DNA from: Candidatus Latescibacterota bacterium
GTDB lineage: Bacteria > Latescibacterota > UBA2968 > GCA-2709665
Direction of reading: 5' to 3'
Assembly: GCA_965208835.1 (NCBI GenBank)
Contig: OZ242358.1
Location: forward strand, 3,200,001 to 3,264,000
DNA length: 64,000 nucleotides
Each line of letters begins with the position of its first letter. The stretch's first letter is position 1. This document shows, piece by piece, positions 19,666 through 29,340 of this stretch. The translations under genes and the position numbers were made by a program. The notes under the pieces are model-generated. The model had not been told where the DNA came from. It searched no databases and worked only from the letters and a program-made list of their open reading frames with translations.

Positions 19666-20433
19666 TCAATCAATGAGTCCCCAGAGCCGCTTGCGCTCCG
19701 GAGTCCAGTCGTGCCATTCGGGATGCACGTGTTTGAGCGCAGCCAGATCTCGCCTGCGCCCGCCGGCGGGATAGTAGTTCCAGCCCATCGCGCGGCGCGG
19801 CCCGGCGGCCGTCTTGAGGCCTGTGGCGTGCCAGCATGACGGGGTCCACACCAGCGTCCATCGGGGGTCGAGGATAACCTCCACTTCGTGCGGGTGGCGG
19901 GCGAAAAACTGACCGGGCATTTCGTCGTGCGTCCCGGTGGCCAGTTCGAGCTGCAGAAGTTCGGCCGTGACCTCCTCCGGGGGGCGGTGCTGGCTGCCGG
20001 GCAGCACCCGGAGCGGACCGTTGCTGGCGTCGTGGCGGTCGAGGGCGGTACGAAAGGACACCTGCCGGACTTCCGGGCCGCCGTCCACGTGCCACGCCAC
20101 CTGGCGCCTTTCGCCCCGTTGCACCTTCGAAGCGTCGCCGATGCCGCAGGCCCCCACATGCACCTTCTCAACGCCCAGAATCCGCCTCGCCGCATCCACG
20201 AGGTCGTGCCGCTCCACCATTTGCAGCACCGGTTCGCCGATCATCAGGAAGAGACACGCCAACCGGTTGCAGCCCGCCGGGAACTCCGTGCGCTCCCATT
20301 CCGGTTCCACTTCCTGCTGCCTGCTGTCGACTTTCCGCACACCCTGCGCCCCCAAAGGGTTCGGGATGAGGAAGAACCCGTTTCGCTCGAAGTGCGCCAA
20401 CTGGTCGTCGCTGATCTCCAGGCGATTCTCCAT
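19666..20433 (-). CDS. Phytanoyl-CoA dioxygenase (PhyH) family protein
   Basis: QLAHFERNGF, WHVD, SNGPLRVLPGSQH, WHAT..RR. Confidence 0.88.
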   Translation of the reverse strand: MENRLEISDDQLAHFERNGFFLIPNPLGAQGVRKVDSRQQEVEPEWERTEFPAGCNRLACLFLMIGEPVLQMVERHDLVDAARRILGVEKVHVGACGIGDASKVQRGERRQVAWHVDGGPEVRQVSFRTALDRHDASNGPLRVLPGSQHRPPEEVTAELLQLELATGTHDEMPGQFFARHPHEVEVILDPRWTLVWTPSCWHATGLKTAAGPRRAMGWNYYPAGGRRRDLAALKHVHPEWHDWTPERKRLWGLID

Positions 20434-20436
20434 GAC

Positions 20437-21513
20437 TCAAGCCCTCGCTACGGTTAATTCAGCCAGTTTGTCCTCATCGAGTTCCACGCCCAGGCCAGGG
20501 CCCTCGAGCGGTGTCAGATAGCTGCCTTCTGCCCTCACGCGTTCCCTGGCCGGCGACGCCATATAAAGCAGCGGACCCATCGGATCGCACGGCAACCGGA
20601 CCTGCGGTGAGGTGATGCCCACGGCGATCTGGGCGCTCATGCCCAGCGTGGACTCCTGGTCGGTGCCGATGAGGCAGGGCAGGCCCGCCGCCTCCCCCAC
20701 CGCCAGGATGCGCTTGACATGGGTGAGGCCGCCGGACACACAGGCCACGTTGAACGCTGTACATGCGCCCCGTTCGGCCGCCTCCCGCGCCTGCTGCAGG
20801 GAGCCGATATGCCATGTCACGGGCAGATCGACGCGTTTGGTGAACTGCGCACTGGAACGCATGTCATATGTCGGCTGCTCGAAGTGATACGGGTCGTGAC
20901 GCCGCAGTCTGTCGCCATAGCGGAGCACCTCCACCCAGTCGCTGAAGCGTCCGGAGAAGTCGATTGACTTGAGCCGGATGAGGTCGCCGTGCCTGGACTT
21001 CATCTCGGTGAGGAAGCGGTCGTCGAGGTCCACGTCGCCGGAGACGTAGTAGCGGAACAGATGGTGACCCAGGTCCACCAGGCGCTGCAGGTAGGATCCG
21101 GCGCGTTCGAAGTCCTCCAGCACCTGAAATCCGAAGATCGGGTAGCAGCAGTAAAGCGAGTCCCGCACCTTGCCGCCAAGCATCTGGTACACGGGTACGC
21201 CCTGTACCTTACCGTTGAGATCGTAGAGCGCCAGATCGACGGCGCTGGCCACATGCGGATCTGAGACCGTGCTGTTCCAGCTCCGGGCGCGAGCAAAGTC
21301 GTTGATCTCGACGATGCGACGGGCGTCGCGACCCTTCAGTTGCTCGTTCAGCTGCCGCGCCAGGGCCGGCACGTCGGCGCACCGGCTGTCCGACGCTTCA
21401 CCGAGGCCGATCGGACCGTCGTCCACGTGGACCCTGAGCAATACGTGTCCGGAAATTTGGCCGTAGTAGCGCGGGGTCTCGATCTGGATGACTTCGATAC
21501 GGTCGATTCTCAC
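20437..21513 (-). CDS. Mandelate racemase/muconate lactonizing enzyme (enolase superfamily)
   Basis: GPIGLGE, SAVDLALYDL.GK..GVPVYQMLGG, FEQP, GPGLGVELD. Confidence 0.9.
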   Translation of the reverse strand: MRIDRIEVIQIETPRYYGQISGHVLLRVHVDDGPIGLGEASDSRCADVPALARQLNEQLKGRDARRIVEINDFARARSWNSTVSDPHVASAVDLALYDLNGKVQGVPVYQMLGGKVRDSLYCCYPIFGFQVLEDFERAGSYLQRLVDLGHHLFRYYVSGDVDLDDRFLTEMKSRHGDLIRLKSIDFSGRFSDWVEVLRYGDRLRRHDPYHFEQPTYDMRSSAQFTKRVDLPVTWHIGSLQQAREAAERGACTAFNVACVSGGLTHVKRILAVGEAAGLPCLIGTDQESTLGMSAQIAVGITSPQVRLPCDPMGPLLYMASPARERVRAEGSYLTPLEGPGLGVELDEDKLAELTVARA

Positions 21514-21559
21514 GAGCTTCTCCAGGCTACGCGCAGAACCGGTTCATTCACAACGCGAA

Positions 21560-21710
21560 ATCTTACATGGTTGGACAAGATGAAGAGCCAAAGCCGACCA
21601 GGATTAAGCAGGATTACAAGGATCAGGCTGGATTACAAGCAAAAAACAGGATCAAATCGACCGATATTTGCAGGACTAAAGACCAGGTGCAAGATCAAAA
21701 CCTGGTGATG
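21560..21710. repeat. Repeat family B (CAGGATT ~9-mer array); inverted copy of 38270-38400
   Basis: CCGACCAGGATTAAGCAGGATTA, CAAGATCAAAACCT and TTACATGGTTGGACAAGAT match the reverse complement of 38.3 kb segments. Confidence 0.75.
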
Positions 21711-21763
21711 TTCAGCCGCGGCCAAACAAGCGCAAATTCACACACGACGGATTGACCGTCCAA

Positions 21764-21787
21764 TGACTCCCCCATGAGGGGGAGTCA
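21764..21787. repeat. REP-like palindrome
   Basis: TGACTCCCCC-ATGA-GGGGGAGTCA, perfect 10-bp stem. Confidence 0.6.
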
Positions 21788-21821
21788 CAGAATCCGAACC
21801 TCAACTTACAAGGTAGGTTCT

Positions 21822-22394
21822 TTACGCCGAATCACCAAGCGGGAACGTCAACCTCCTTTGGAACCGGAAACTCCCGTCGGGGACCATATACACCAACCGG
21901 TCGCACAGGAAGGAGCCGACGGGCGCCGTATCCTGAAGCCTCGCGCAGAGTTGAAGGCTCTCTTCAATGGAGATGAACTCGGCGACCGTCATATGCGGCG
22001 CAATGCCACGTCGGCGATGGGCTTCGTCCGCAAAGCCCGACGTGCCGTGAAGCATATGCTTCAGGCGTTCGATGGGTTCCCGCGGCGTAATGCGATACGC
22101 GACACCCGGGTGCCGCGTGGAGGCATAAAGCTTTTTATAGTGAAGCTCGAACGGCCGGATCTCGGATAGGACGCCGTGGATTTCGCCGGCAAGCGCGGGA
22201 CTCATTTCGCAGCACAGCGGATCGGACAATGAGATGTGCGCCGGACACCACGCCGCCGAGCGGGGATCATACCGTGCCCGCAGGGAATCAACCTCCCGCG
22301 ACACGTCGGGCGGCGGCAGGATCAGGATCACTCCCAGCCGGTAGCCGCGCTGCCAGTCTTCCCACTTCGATGTATCCGTTGCATAGGTGATCAC
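21822..22394 (-). CDS. 2H phosphoesterase / 2'-5' RNA ligase family protein
   Basis: Two HxT/S motifs (AHISL, PHMTVA); GTG start after AGGAG. Confidence 0.85.
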   Translation of the reverse strand: MITYATDTSKWEDWQRGYRLGVILILPPPDVSREVDSLRARYDPRSAAWCPAHISLSDPLCCEMSPALAGEIHGVLSEIRPFELHYKKLYASTRHPGVAYRITPREPIERLKHMLHGTSGFADEAHRRRGIAPHMTVAEFISIEESLQLCARLQDTAPVGSFLCDRLVYMVPDGSFRFQRRLTFPLGDSA

Positions 22395-22651
22395 AATGAA
22401 CTCCTGACCGTCGGCGGCGCAGGCGCGTTTCGATGGCACGCCGTTTGCGCGATTGAACCGGCAGTATGACAATTCCGGTCGGCTTGAATTTGCAGAATAA
22501 ACGACGTTTGTTGTCAATATATTATTGAAAATAAATATCTTATTAGTGACATCCCTTGAATCTGAACTGAAATCCTGCTAAATGCATCCTCAATTGCGAG
22601 GGTACGACTGTCTGCATCTTTCCTCTCGAATTGCACATAGGTTTTCAATAC

Positions 22652-22766
22652 AATTCACTGCTGTCCGAAAACCGTGGGACTCTCGGACTCAAGGTTCGAA
22701 TAGTGGCTTCAATTGGCGATCGTGTGAGAGCTTGACCCGGATAACGAACACCCGGTTGCCATCGGT
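22652..22766. repeat. ~115-bp segment homologous to 46681-46794; possible IS-end relic
   Basis: Shared TGCTGTCC, TTCGAATAGTGGCTTCAATT, CGGATAACGAA and GGTTGCCATCGGT blocks in the same order. Confidence 0.7.
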
Positions 22767-22900
22767 GATCCATATCCTCTTATCGGATAAACTTGAGAGG
22801 CGTTGGGACTGTTGAAGGATGGACGAATGCGCATTGCTACCGCTATTCTTCATTCAGCTGTTACACACGAAGCCGTGATCAAGGACCTGTTAGTGGCTTT

Positions 22901-23473
22901 TCAAAAAACATAATAACAATGCCGACTCACCGCATTTTCAAACCTGCTGCCCTCTTGTTCCCGTAGCCTGTTCCATACAGCAATAGTACCTAGATTATCC
23001 TCCATGGCCCGATGTGCCTGCAATTTACGATAACCGCACCAGTCCATCGCATTCTGCAATCTATATGTATTCTTTACATATTTTTCAAGGCCGCGAATCT
23101 CACGATACAGTTCCATTACGCACACAAACAGACCTGCAGCCGCCACGACGTGCGAAGGTAGAAATTGCAGTTCAAATTCCGCGTTATAAACCGCCACGAC
23201 TCTGTCACGAATCGCGGCCCTTATTGCAGGAACCTGATCTTCAAATGTCGAAGAATGCGCGACCGTCTGTGGACTTATTCCATGTATCCCTTGAGCCTCC
23301 GGCCAGGATTCAGTAAAGACCGGTTTTATATATTCATTCATAATTTCACGGCCATCGTAATCGGCTATCGCAATCTCCACAATTTCATCGTCCTCATAAA
23401 GACCTGTGGTTTCAATATCAAGAAATACGGGTCTGCTGATGTCCACGACCTTTCCATCGTGTCGCTCCAGCAT
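22901..23473 (-). CDS. DEDDh 3'-5' exonuclease (DnaQ-like)
   Basis: FLDIETTGL, YNAEFE, AHRAMED; GGAGGGG RBS; lower GC than neighbours. Confidence 0.88.
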   Translation of the reverse strand: MLERHDGKVVDISRPVFLDIETTGLYEDDEIVEIAIADYDGREIMNEYIKPVFTESWPEAQGIHGISPQTVAHSSTFEDQVPAIRAAIRDRVVAVYNAEFELQFLPSHVVAAAGLFVCVMELYREIRGLEKYVKNTYRLQNAMDWCGYRKLQAHRAMEDNLGTIAVWNRLREQEGSRFENAVSRHCYYVF

Positions 23474-23547
23474 ATTCCCCTCCAGTTGAGCAGTGTGCTC
23501 TTGCCGCATGTGCATTCAAACTATCAGCGCAGACGACGAAAATCAAC

Positions 23548-23578
23548 AAAAACCCCCGACCCTTTCACATGGTCGGGG
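23548..23578 (-). terminator. Rho-independent terminator downstream of trxA
   Basis: Minus strand CCCCGACC-loop-GGTCGGGG followed by GTTTTT. Confidence 0.7.
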
Positions 23579-23586
23579 ATCTTTCT

Positions 23587-23689
23587 GGCCGCGATTTCCA
23601 AACTCGACACTGGGTCACGCCAGGAAACATCGAGCTCCAATGTAGCCCTGGCTACATTGGCCCTGGAAGAGAATCCTGCATCCGCGGCC
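23587..23689. ncRNA. Candidate structured RNA of unassigned family
   Basis: Nested stems GGCCGCG/CGCGGCC, TTCCA/TGGAA, CTCGA/TCGAG with inner CTGG/CCAG, and a 10-bp hairpin at 23637-23660. Confidence 0.35.
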
Positions 23690-23732
23690 GTTGGAAGCCC
23701 GAAACGGAAACACGATCAACGGACCCACGCGA

Positions 23733-24068
23733 CTATCGGCGCACGTCGGTTAGTATTTCCTCAATGGAATCGACGAGCCGTTGTTTGGGTACGGCGCCGA
23801 CCATGCGGTCCACGACGCTTCCGTCCTTGAAGAGCAGGAGCGTTGGCAGGCTCTGTATACCGTACCGGACTGCTGACGAATGGGAAGTGTCGAAATCCAT
23901 TTTCCCGACTTTCAGCCGCCCGGCGTATTCGACGGCCAGTTCCTTGACAATTGGGGCGATGAGCCGGCAAGGGCCGCACCAGTTCGCGCCGATGTCGACG
24001 AGCACGGGCCGATCAGAGGATATGACTTCGGTATCAAAGGTCGCATCCGTAAAATTAGCGGGCGTCAC
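23733..24068 (-). CDS. trxA: Thioredoxin
   Basis: WCGPC active site, SLPTLLLFKDG; GGAGG RBS. Confidence 0.93.
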   Translation of the reverse strand: MTPANFTDATFDTEVISSDRPVLVDIGANWCGPCRLIAPIVKELAVEYAGRLKVGKMDFDTSHSSAVRYGIQSLPTLLLFKDGSVVDRMVGAVPKQRLVDSIEEILTDVRR

Positions 24069-24085
24069 TGATCTAACCTCCCTGT

Positions 24086-24325
24086 TTATAGTGATTTAAC
24101 CACAGGATCGAGCCGCGAAAAGGCAGGGAAGAAGAATTCCGGTTCGATGGACCGGACCCTGCCGAGATCGCACATCAGGCCGATATGCTTCGCGTTGGGG
24201 GAGATCCTGCCGGTCTCCCAACGGGCAATGGTGGACTGGGGAACAGCGAGAATCTCTCCGAACTGCTGCTGGGTCATCCCGACGGCTTGCCTAAACTCCC
24301 TGATCCGCAGCCAGTCGAACGGCAT
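24086..24325 (-). CDS. XRE-family HTH transcriptional regulator
   Basis: IREFRQAVGMTQQQFG..VPQSTIARWETG. Confidence 0.88.
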   Translation of the reverse strand: MPFDWLRIREFRQAVGMTQQQFGEILAVPQSTIARWETGRISPNAKHIGLMCDLGRVRSIEPEFFFPAFSRLDPVVKSL

Positions 24326-24353
24326 AGGAACCTCCGGAGATTATATCATATTT

Positions 24354-24388
24354 GCTATAAATATAGCGGATCGCAGGAATGCTGTCAA
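24354..24388 (-). promoter_or_regulatory. Sigma-70 promoter with overlapping palindrome for the XRE-trxA operon
   Basis: TTGACA-N17-TATATT on the minus strand; GCTATA-AA-TATAGC (24354-24367) overlaps the -10. Confidence 0.65.
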
Positions 24389-24533
24389 GGACGATATTGT
24401 TCCTGGCATATCCATCGATACGAATTTGGAGGCGCTGAAGGGGGTATCGCGGGTACCGCTGGTCGGTGTTGTATCAGGGGCACGGCGGACGCGAGCGTGG
24501 ACTTCGGGCACGGATGATCCGTTCGCGTCTAAC

Positions 24534-25559
24534 TTATGCGGCCTTTTCGAGTCCTGCTTTCAACGTTGAATGACATGCGTTCCATCGGTCCAATTCTTCG
24601 CGAACCTCTTCATCATCCCGCATGCCGACCCAGCACGTGACCCCGTGAATGAACATCAGCATGCGTTCGTTTGCCAAAGCAGCGGATTCCTCCTCTCGCC
24701 ACGGAGGATCGCAGACTTCCCGGTACGCTTCGAGGAACGCCGCTTCCACGCCTTCGTCCACGAGTCGATATCGCGCCGTTTCGCCCCACGGCAAGTCGGA
24801 ATGCGGCGCCAGGTAGTAGGTGGAGACGCATACTTCGAAGACGCGCCGACCTCTAGACGCATGGTTACAGTCGATGAACCTGAGTCGTCCTTCGTTATCG
24901 ATGATCATATTCTGCGGCCCGGTATCCACGTGCAGACCCGTTTCGACCAGGTCCGGACGCGCGCGGTCGATCGCTTTGACGCACCGTTCCGTTTCCGCCA
25001 CGTACTCGATGAATTGGTCGTGATAAGGCTTTCTCCTGGACGACACCCGCATCTTACGGACGTCCTCCACCAGACTGTCGATCGCCCGATGATTCATGCA
25101 GAGACTTTCTTCGTCCGGAAGATCCCGATATTCAATGCCTGCATTGTGAAGCCGGGCAATTTCAGACCCCGCCAGACGCACGTCCGATTCGATTCCCCGC
25201 TTCGGCGGCCTTCCCTCCACAAACGGGAAGACCTCGACTGCCATCCCCCGCTCCGTCACCGAGAAGGTCTTCCCGTCAAACGAACTCAACGGCAGGACGG
25301 TCCGTACGCCATGATCGTTAAGGTGCCTCTGGAATCGATGTACCTGCGACAGACAGCGAACCAATGACAATGAACCCTCTGAGTTCAGCGCGGGAGCGGA
25401 GACCCGCAGGACATACGGATTCCCGGTATTCCCGCACGCGATCCTGACAACGTGGGCGATCCTGCCGCTCATGGCGCGATATCGTCCATCCCAGAGAATC
25501 CCGTACTTGCGTTTGAGCCATTCGGGGTCCGGAAGGGTATCGTCCAGGCTCAAGGCCAT
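24534..25559 (-). CDS. APH / type II homoserine kinase-like phosphotransferase
   Basis: YVLRV, FPFVEG, IARLH, LHVDTGPQNM, FIDC. Confidence 0.8.
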   Translation of the reverse strand: MALSLDDTLPDPEWLKRKYGILWDGRYRAMSGRIAHVVRIACGNTGNPYVLRVSAPALNSEGSLSLVRCLSQVHRFQRHLNDHGVRTVLPLSSFDGKTFSVTERGMAVEVFPFVEGRPPKRGIESDVRLAGSEIARLHNAGIEYRDLPDEESLCMNHRAIDSLVEDVRKMRVSSRRKPYHDQFIEYVAETERCVKAIDRARPDLVETGLHVDTGPQNMIIDNEGRLRFIDCNHASRGRRVFEVCVSTYYLAPHSDLPWGETARYRLVDEGVEAAFLEAYREVCDPPWREEESAALANERMLMFIHGVTCWVGMRDDEEVREELDRWNACHSTLKAGLEKAA

Positions 25560-25681
25560 ATCATCCTACCTCTACACCAGGGAATACCGTTGCCGCCAGT
25601 CCAATACCAAAGGTATCGACGGCGTGCCCGTTCGTCTTCGACTCCGATGGATCGTATCGTCGAACTGCAGACATCAGGATA

Positions 25682-26422
25682 TCACCCACATTTCAGCTGT
25701 TCGTGAATCCGTCGTTTGCCGAACTCGATAAAGGATTCAGTCTGGTTCTTCAGCAACTCGGCTTCATCGCGCGTGTCCGTATCCCGGTATGACGCGACTG
25801 CCGCGTCGATTAGCGGTTTCCATTCGGGAAACCGGGAACGAGCCCATTTGCCGCTGGAAAACTTCGATACAACGACGTTACGCTCCTGGACACTGAACAT
25901 GATGCGGCACATGTTGAGGACGCAGTAGTCGGGGTATTGAAGGTTCTGCTGGATGAACGTTGACTCGTGTTCGAGAGCATTGGTGATTTCGTCCCACGAC
26001 GGGGCCGGGAAGATGTCCTTCGGCGGCGGACCATAGAGCGTAATGAAACGCTTTGCCCTGATATGCGCGCAATGCAGCGACCATGATTCGTCCCGTATTT
26101 CGGGCTGCATCTGGTGCGCCGGCGGACGCGTTTTCAGGGCGTCTTCGTACAGTATGAAATAGGCATCCAATTCTCCACCCAGTGGCGGAAATCGCTCCGC
26201 AATATCCCTCTGCAGTTGAAGAATTTCGTCTGAAACCCGGTCCCTCAGCGAGTCTTCCAGGATCACATGGCAGTCGATATCCTGTATCGGACCGGAGTCC
26301 GGGAATACGGAGGCGCCGTGCATGTAGATGCCGTGCAGGTTCACATCGAGGATCGTTTCAAGACCGCCAACGAAGGCCTGGCAGACCCTCCTGGCGTCTG
26401 AGGGGAGTTGGTCGAAGTTCAT
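25682..26422 (-). CDS. Aminoglycoside adenylyltransferase-like nucleotidyltransferase (DUF4111-type C-terminus)
   Basis: GIYMHGAS..DIDCHV, LYGPPP, YCVLNMCR, SKFSSGKWA. Confidence 0.8.
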   Translation of the reverse strand: MNFDQLPSDARRVCQAFVGGLETILDVNLHGIYMHGASVFPDSGPIQDIDCHVILEDSLRDRVSDEILQLQRDIAERFPPLGGELDAYFILYEDALKTRPPAHQMQPEIRDESWSLHCAHIRAKRFITLYGPPPKDIFPAPSWDEITNALEHESTFIQQNLQYPDYCVLNMCRIMFSVQERNVVVSKFSSGKWARSRFPEWKPLIDAAVASYRDTDTRDEAELLKNQTESFIEFGKRRIHEQLKCG

Positions 26423-26424
26423 AA

Positions 26425-26586
26425 GAAGCTGTTTTAAAATTACCGGTGAGTTCCCGAGCGCGAGCGAAAAAGTGGCGGGCAAGGCGGGAAAACCCGACCA
26501 TATTTGTCTATACGGGTGGGTTTGACCAACGCTGACCGGCGCTTTTGCAGCCGCGCGAAGACCGCTGGGAATTTTCAGACAGCTTC
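26425..26586. mobile_element. MITE (IS5-like ends, TAA target duplication)
   Basis: Inverted repeats 26424-26444 and 26567-26587 match at 18/21; TAA at both 26422-26424 and 26587-26589; no transposase. Confidence 0.7.
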
Positions 26587-26620
26587 TAAGGCGGGATGCG
26601 TCACCTATCGTGTGATGGCG

Positions 26621-27097
26621 TCAGTCGAGCGACGGGGAGATGCTTTTCTTCAAAGTATACCGCACTTCTTCATAGCCGTCCTCTATTGCGACCTCTCCCC
26701 TTCTCCAGCCGAGATGTTCGTAAAACCCCTCGGCGCGGGTGTTTGTTTCTGTCTCCAGCCAGATCTCCTCAGCGCCGTTTTGCCATAACCAGTCAACAGC
26801 TGTCTCCGTCAGCCGTCGCCCGATTCCGCGGCCTTCGTATGCCGGCAGGATGAACAGCGCCCAGATGGACCTCGACTTGACGTTCGCGATACAGAATCCG
26901 ACGATACGTTTGCCGGCTTCCGCCACCCAACACCTGCCCTCGGTCCGCAGCAATTCCGCGGAGCGCTCGGGCGTTATTCCGGACGCTGCCAGCTCTGCCT
27001 CGGTCATCGCGTTTTCGGTCACAGCGGTTCGGATTTCGAACAGCGCGGGTATGTCGGCTGCGATGGCCTTACGGATTTGGATCTGGTCTATGGTCAA
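26621..27097 (-). CDS. GNAT N-acetyltransferase
   Basis: ALFILPAYEGRGIG, AEGFYEHLGW. Confidence 0.9.
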   Translation of the reverse strand: MTIDQIQIRKAIAADIPALFEIRTAVTENAMTEAELAASGITPERSAELLRTEGRCWVAEAGKRIVGFCIANVKSRSIWALFILPAYEGRGIGRRLTETAVDWLWQNGAEEIWLETETNTRAEGFYEHLGWRRGEVAIEDGYEEVRYTLKKSISPSLD

Positions 27098-27141
27098 TTC
27101 ATACGGTCCTTGACTGGTCGACTCCGGAACCCTCTCTGAAT

Positions 27142-27648
27142 TTACGACTTGCCGGGCGGCTCAGATACGATACCTATATTCTTTGGCCCCTTGAACGGGA
27201 ATTCGACGCGTTCAAAGGACACCCCATGGCGGCCGTAGTATGCTTCGATGGCATCGAGCAGTTCGTCCCGCCCCAGTTTTTCCTCAGACCAGAAATTGCA
27301 GCAGGGCACGAGGACTACGGGCCGAGTGAGAGCTGCCTGAGCCACGGGCCGGGTCGCTTCGTCGGCGTGCAATCCAATAATCAGGTCATAGTAGTCAGTC
27401 ATAGAGGCATCGAATTCCACGGGCTGGTTTGGCACGCCCTTGAGCGTCCAGGCGCGAGGATCGACGACCTCGCAGTCGTAATTGTACCGCTTGCGCAGGA
27501 TCCGGGTCAACATGCCCTGCCCGCCGGCAACGTCTGCGAGATAGCGGACCGTTTTTCCAAAGCGCGTATCGATAAATGATGCAAGCACATCAAATCGCTT
27601 TGGATCACCATGAAATCGATGTCGAGAGTTATACTTCATATCCGCCAT
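27142..27648 (-). CDS. Hypothetical protein with methyltransferase-like fold
   Basis: LADVAGGQGML, VVDP, IIGLHAD, LVPCC motifs. Confidence 0.65.
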   Translation of the reverse strand: MADMKYNSRHRFHGDPKRFDVLASFIDTRFGKTVRYLADVAGGQGMLTRILRKRYNYDCEVVDPRAWTLKGVPNQPVEFDASMTDYYDLIIGLHADEATRPVAQAALTRPVVLVPCCNFWSEEKLGRDELLDAIEAYYGRHGVSFERVEFPFKGPKNIGIVSEPPGKS

Positions 27649-27683
27649 TTTCTAATTCATATAACTACTTTAATCACAAAAGG

Positions 27684-28052
27684 TTATTGGTTGTTCTCGG
27701 GTTCACGAATTATGGATGACCTGAAAAATCGCTCCTGAAATTCGGTCAACTCCAGGATCTGTCTATCGGAAAAATCCTTGCCTGAAGGCGCGATAACGAG
27801 CTTGTCGTCATCATCGTCAGATCGCCGAATGACCGCAATGCAGGTGCCAGTAAAGGTCGTGATCGGACTTGAGACACCCAGAATATAGGCGTCCAGCTCT
27901 TCACCGTCAGGCGCCGGCACGCCCGGGAGGAATCCGTAGTTGACGGGATAGACGAACCCCGTGTCAGGGTGCCTGGATCCCAGCGGGCGGTCGACAGAGA
28001 CCCGGACTGTCTTTCCGATAAACGTTCTGGCATCGACGAATTCGCGCGTCAT
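27684..28052 (-). CDS. Inorganic pyrophosphatase family (short form)
   Basis: VDRPLGSRHP, YPVNYG, DGEELDAY, DDDDKL. Confidence 0.88.
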   Translation of the reverse strand: MTREFVDARTFIGKTVRVSVDRPLGSRHPDTGFVYPVNYGFLPGVPAPDGEELDAYILGVSSPITTFTGTCIAVIRRSDDDDDKLVIAPSGKDFSDRQILELTEFQERFFRSSIIREPENNQ

Positions 28053-28211
28053 GTTACGACGACCTCCACCGCCTGTTTAAGCTGGGGAGAACACTGGCTC
28101 AGGTTTCATGCTTCGTCGCTCACAGTGCGAATCACCAGGCCGTCCACGAGGCGTGAATGGAGAACCGCGACGGATAATGTAAGTAAAATCGCTAGATCCA
28201 CACCGTACCAA

Positions 28212-28655
28212 TTATTCAAACGATTTCACCATCTGAACGTGCGTATCGTCTTCGTCGACGATCTTGAATCCGAGCCCCTCGTAGAATGCGGTGGCGCGGG
28301 TGTTGATCTTCAGAACCTGAAGCCTTACCGAATTTTTCTGTGCGCCGGCATCCGAGACAATAAGCCGCATACACGCTGACCCGATGCCCTTGCGCTGGTA
28401 TTCTGGAAGGATAAAGATCTGATACACCCTGACCCGATCGGCGGTCGAGGACGTGGAGAAGTAACCGACATCGGTCCCCCGATACTGGATAATATGCACA
28501 TCCTGTGAAGCAAACCGCAATTCATGCAACTCTCGCTGATCGGCGCCGTCCCAGCCCCAGACCTGTTCGACGTATTCCCGGAACGCCGCCTCCTTTACCA
28601 AAAAAGTGAAGTCAACGTCCGCCGAAACCGCCTTGCGTATATCCAATCCTTCCAT
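28212..28655 (-). CDS. GNAT N-acetyltransferase
   Basis: IFILPEYQRKGIG, LQVLKINTRA..FYEGLGF. Confidence 0.9.
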   Translation of the reverse strand: MEGLDIRKAVSADVDFTFLVKEAAFREYVEQVWGWDGADQRELHELRFASQDVHIIQYRGTDVGYFSTSSTADRVRVYQIFILPEYQRKGIGSACMRLIVSDAGAQKNSVRLQVLKINTRATAFYEGLGFKIVDEDDTHVQMVKSFE

Positions 28656-28705
28656 AGCAAAATCAAATATTTACGGCACGGAATTCAGTTGAAGATGCAG
28701 TGCGG

Positions 28706-29296
28706 TTATCCCCCGCCAATGGTACCCACGTCGTCGACGCTCGGACATACCTCGATCACGCAAAAGTCACGGCGGGACAGGACGACCCACGACGGCAGAC
28801 CCAGCTTCTTCCACAAAGCGAACGGTTCCAGGTCGGAATTGCGGCTGACGAACAGGCTCATCACGGTCCCATGCGTGACGATCGCCAGGTTCTCCCGGCG
28901 AGACCGGTCCAAGACCCCGAATACGGCATTCGCAAACCTGTTGTACGCGCTATCAGCTGTCTCCTCACCGAAAACCTGATCGGCGGGTTGCTCGTAGAAT
29001 TGCCTGATCGATTGCTCGAATCGCTCCTTCTCCATGAAGCCGGCGTTCACGCGCTCATGTTCGTGAAGCCCCTCCACAACTTCCACCGGGACATTCAACG
29101 CGCCGCCAGCGATTTCAGCCGTTTCAATGGCCTTGGGTTCAGCGCTGCTGACGATCAGATCCAGACTATACCGGTCCAATCGCTCACCAAGTATCCGTGC
29201 GCGCCGGCGCCCTTCGTTCGAAAGAACCCATTCCTTCGCGGGGACGGACGGATCGATCTCCGGTAGCGAATGTTTCACGAGAATTAGCGTTTGCAT
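28706..29296 (-). CDS. Histidine phosphatase family protein
   Basis: LVKHS, SSAEPKAIETA, GLHEHER, IVTHG. Confidence 0.82.
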   Translation of the reverse strand: MQTLILVKHSLPEIDPSVPAKEWVLSNEGRRRARILGERLDRYSLDLIVSSAEPKAIETAEIAGGALNVPVEVVEGLHEHERVNAGFMEKERFEQSIRQFYEQPADQVFGEETADSAYNRFANAVFGVLDRSRRENLAIVTHGTVMSLFVSRNSDLEPFALWKKLGLPSWVVLSRRDFCVIEVCPSVDDVGTIGGG

Positions 29297-29340
29297 AAAG
29301 GCGCGAAACGATTGCCGAATCCCCGTCGTGAGACCTTAAC

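Noticed and set aside
23587-23689. tRNA, SRP RNA or tmRNA
   Set aside because: Lacks a T-loop, anticodon arm, SRP GGAA-loop motif and tmRNA tag; kept only as an unassigned structure
24534-27097. Aminoglycoside resistance cluster (APH-like, ANT-like, GNAT)
   Set aside because: Only fold-level similarity with divergent motifs; no specific resistance gene is recognisable
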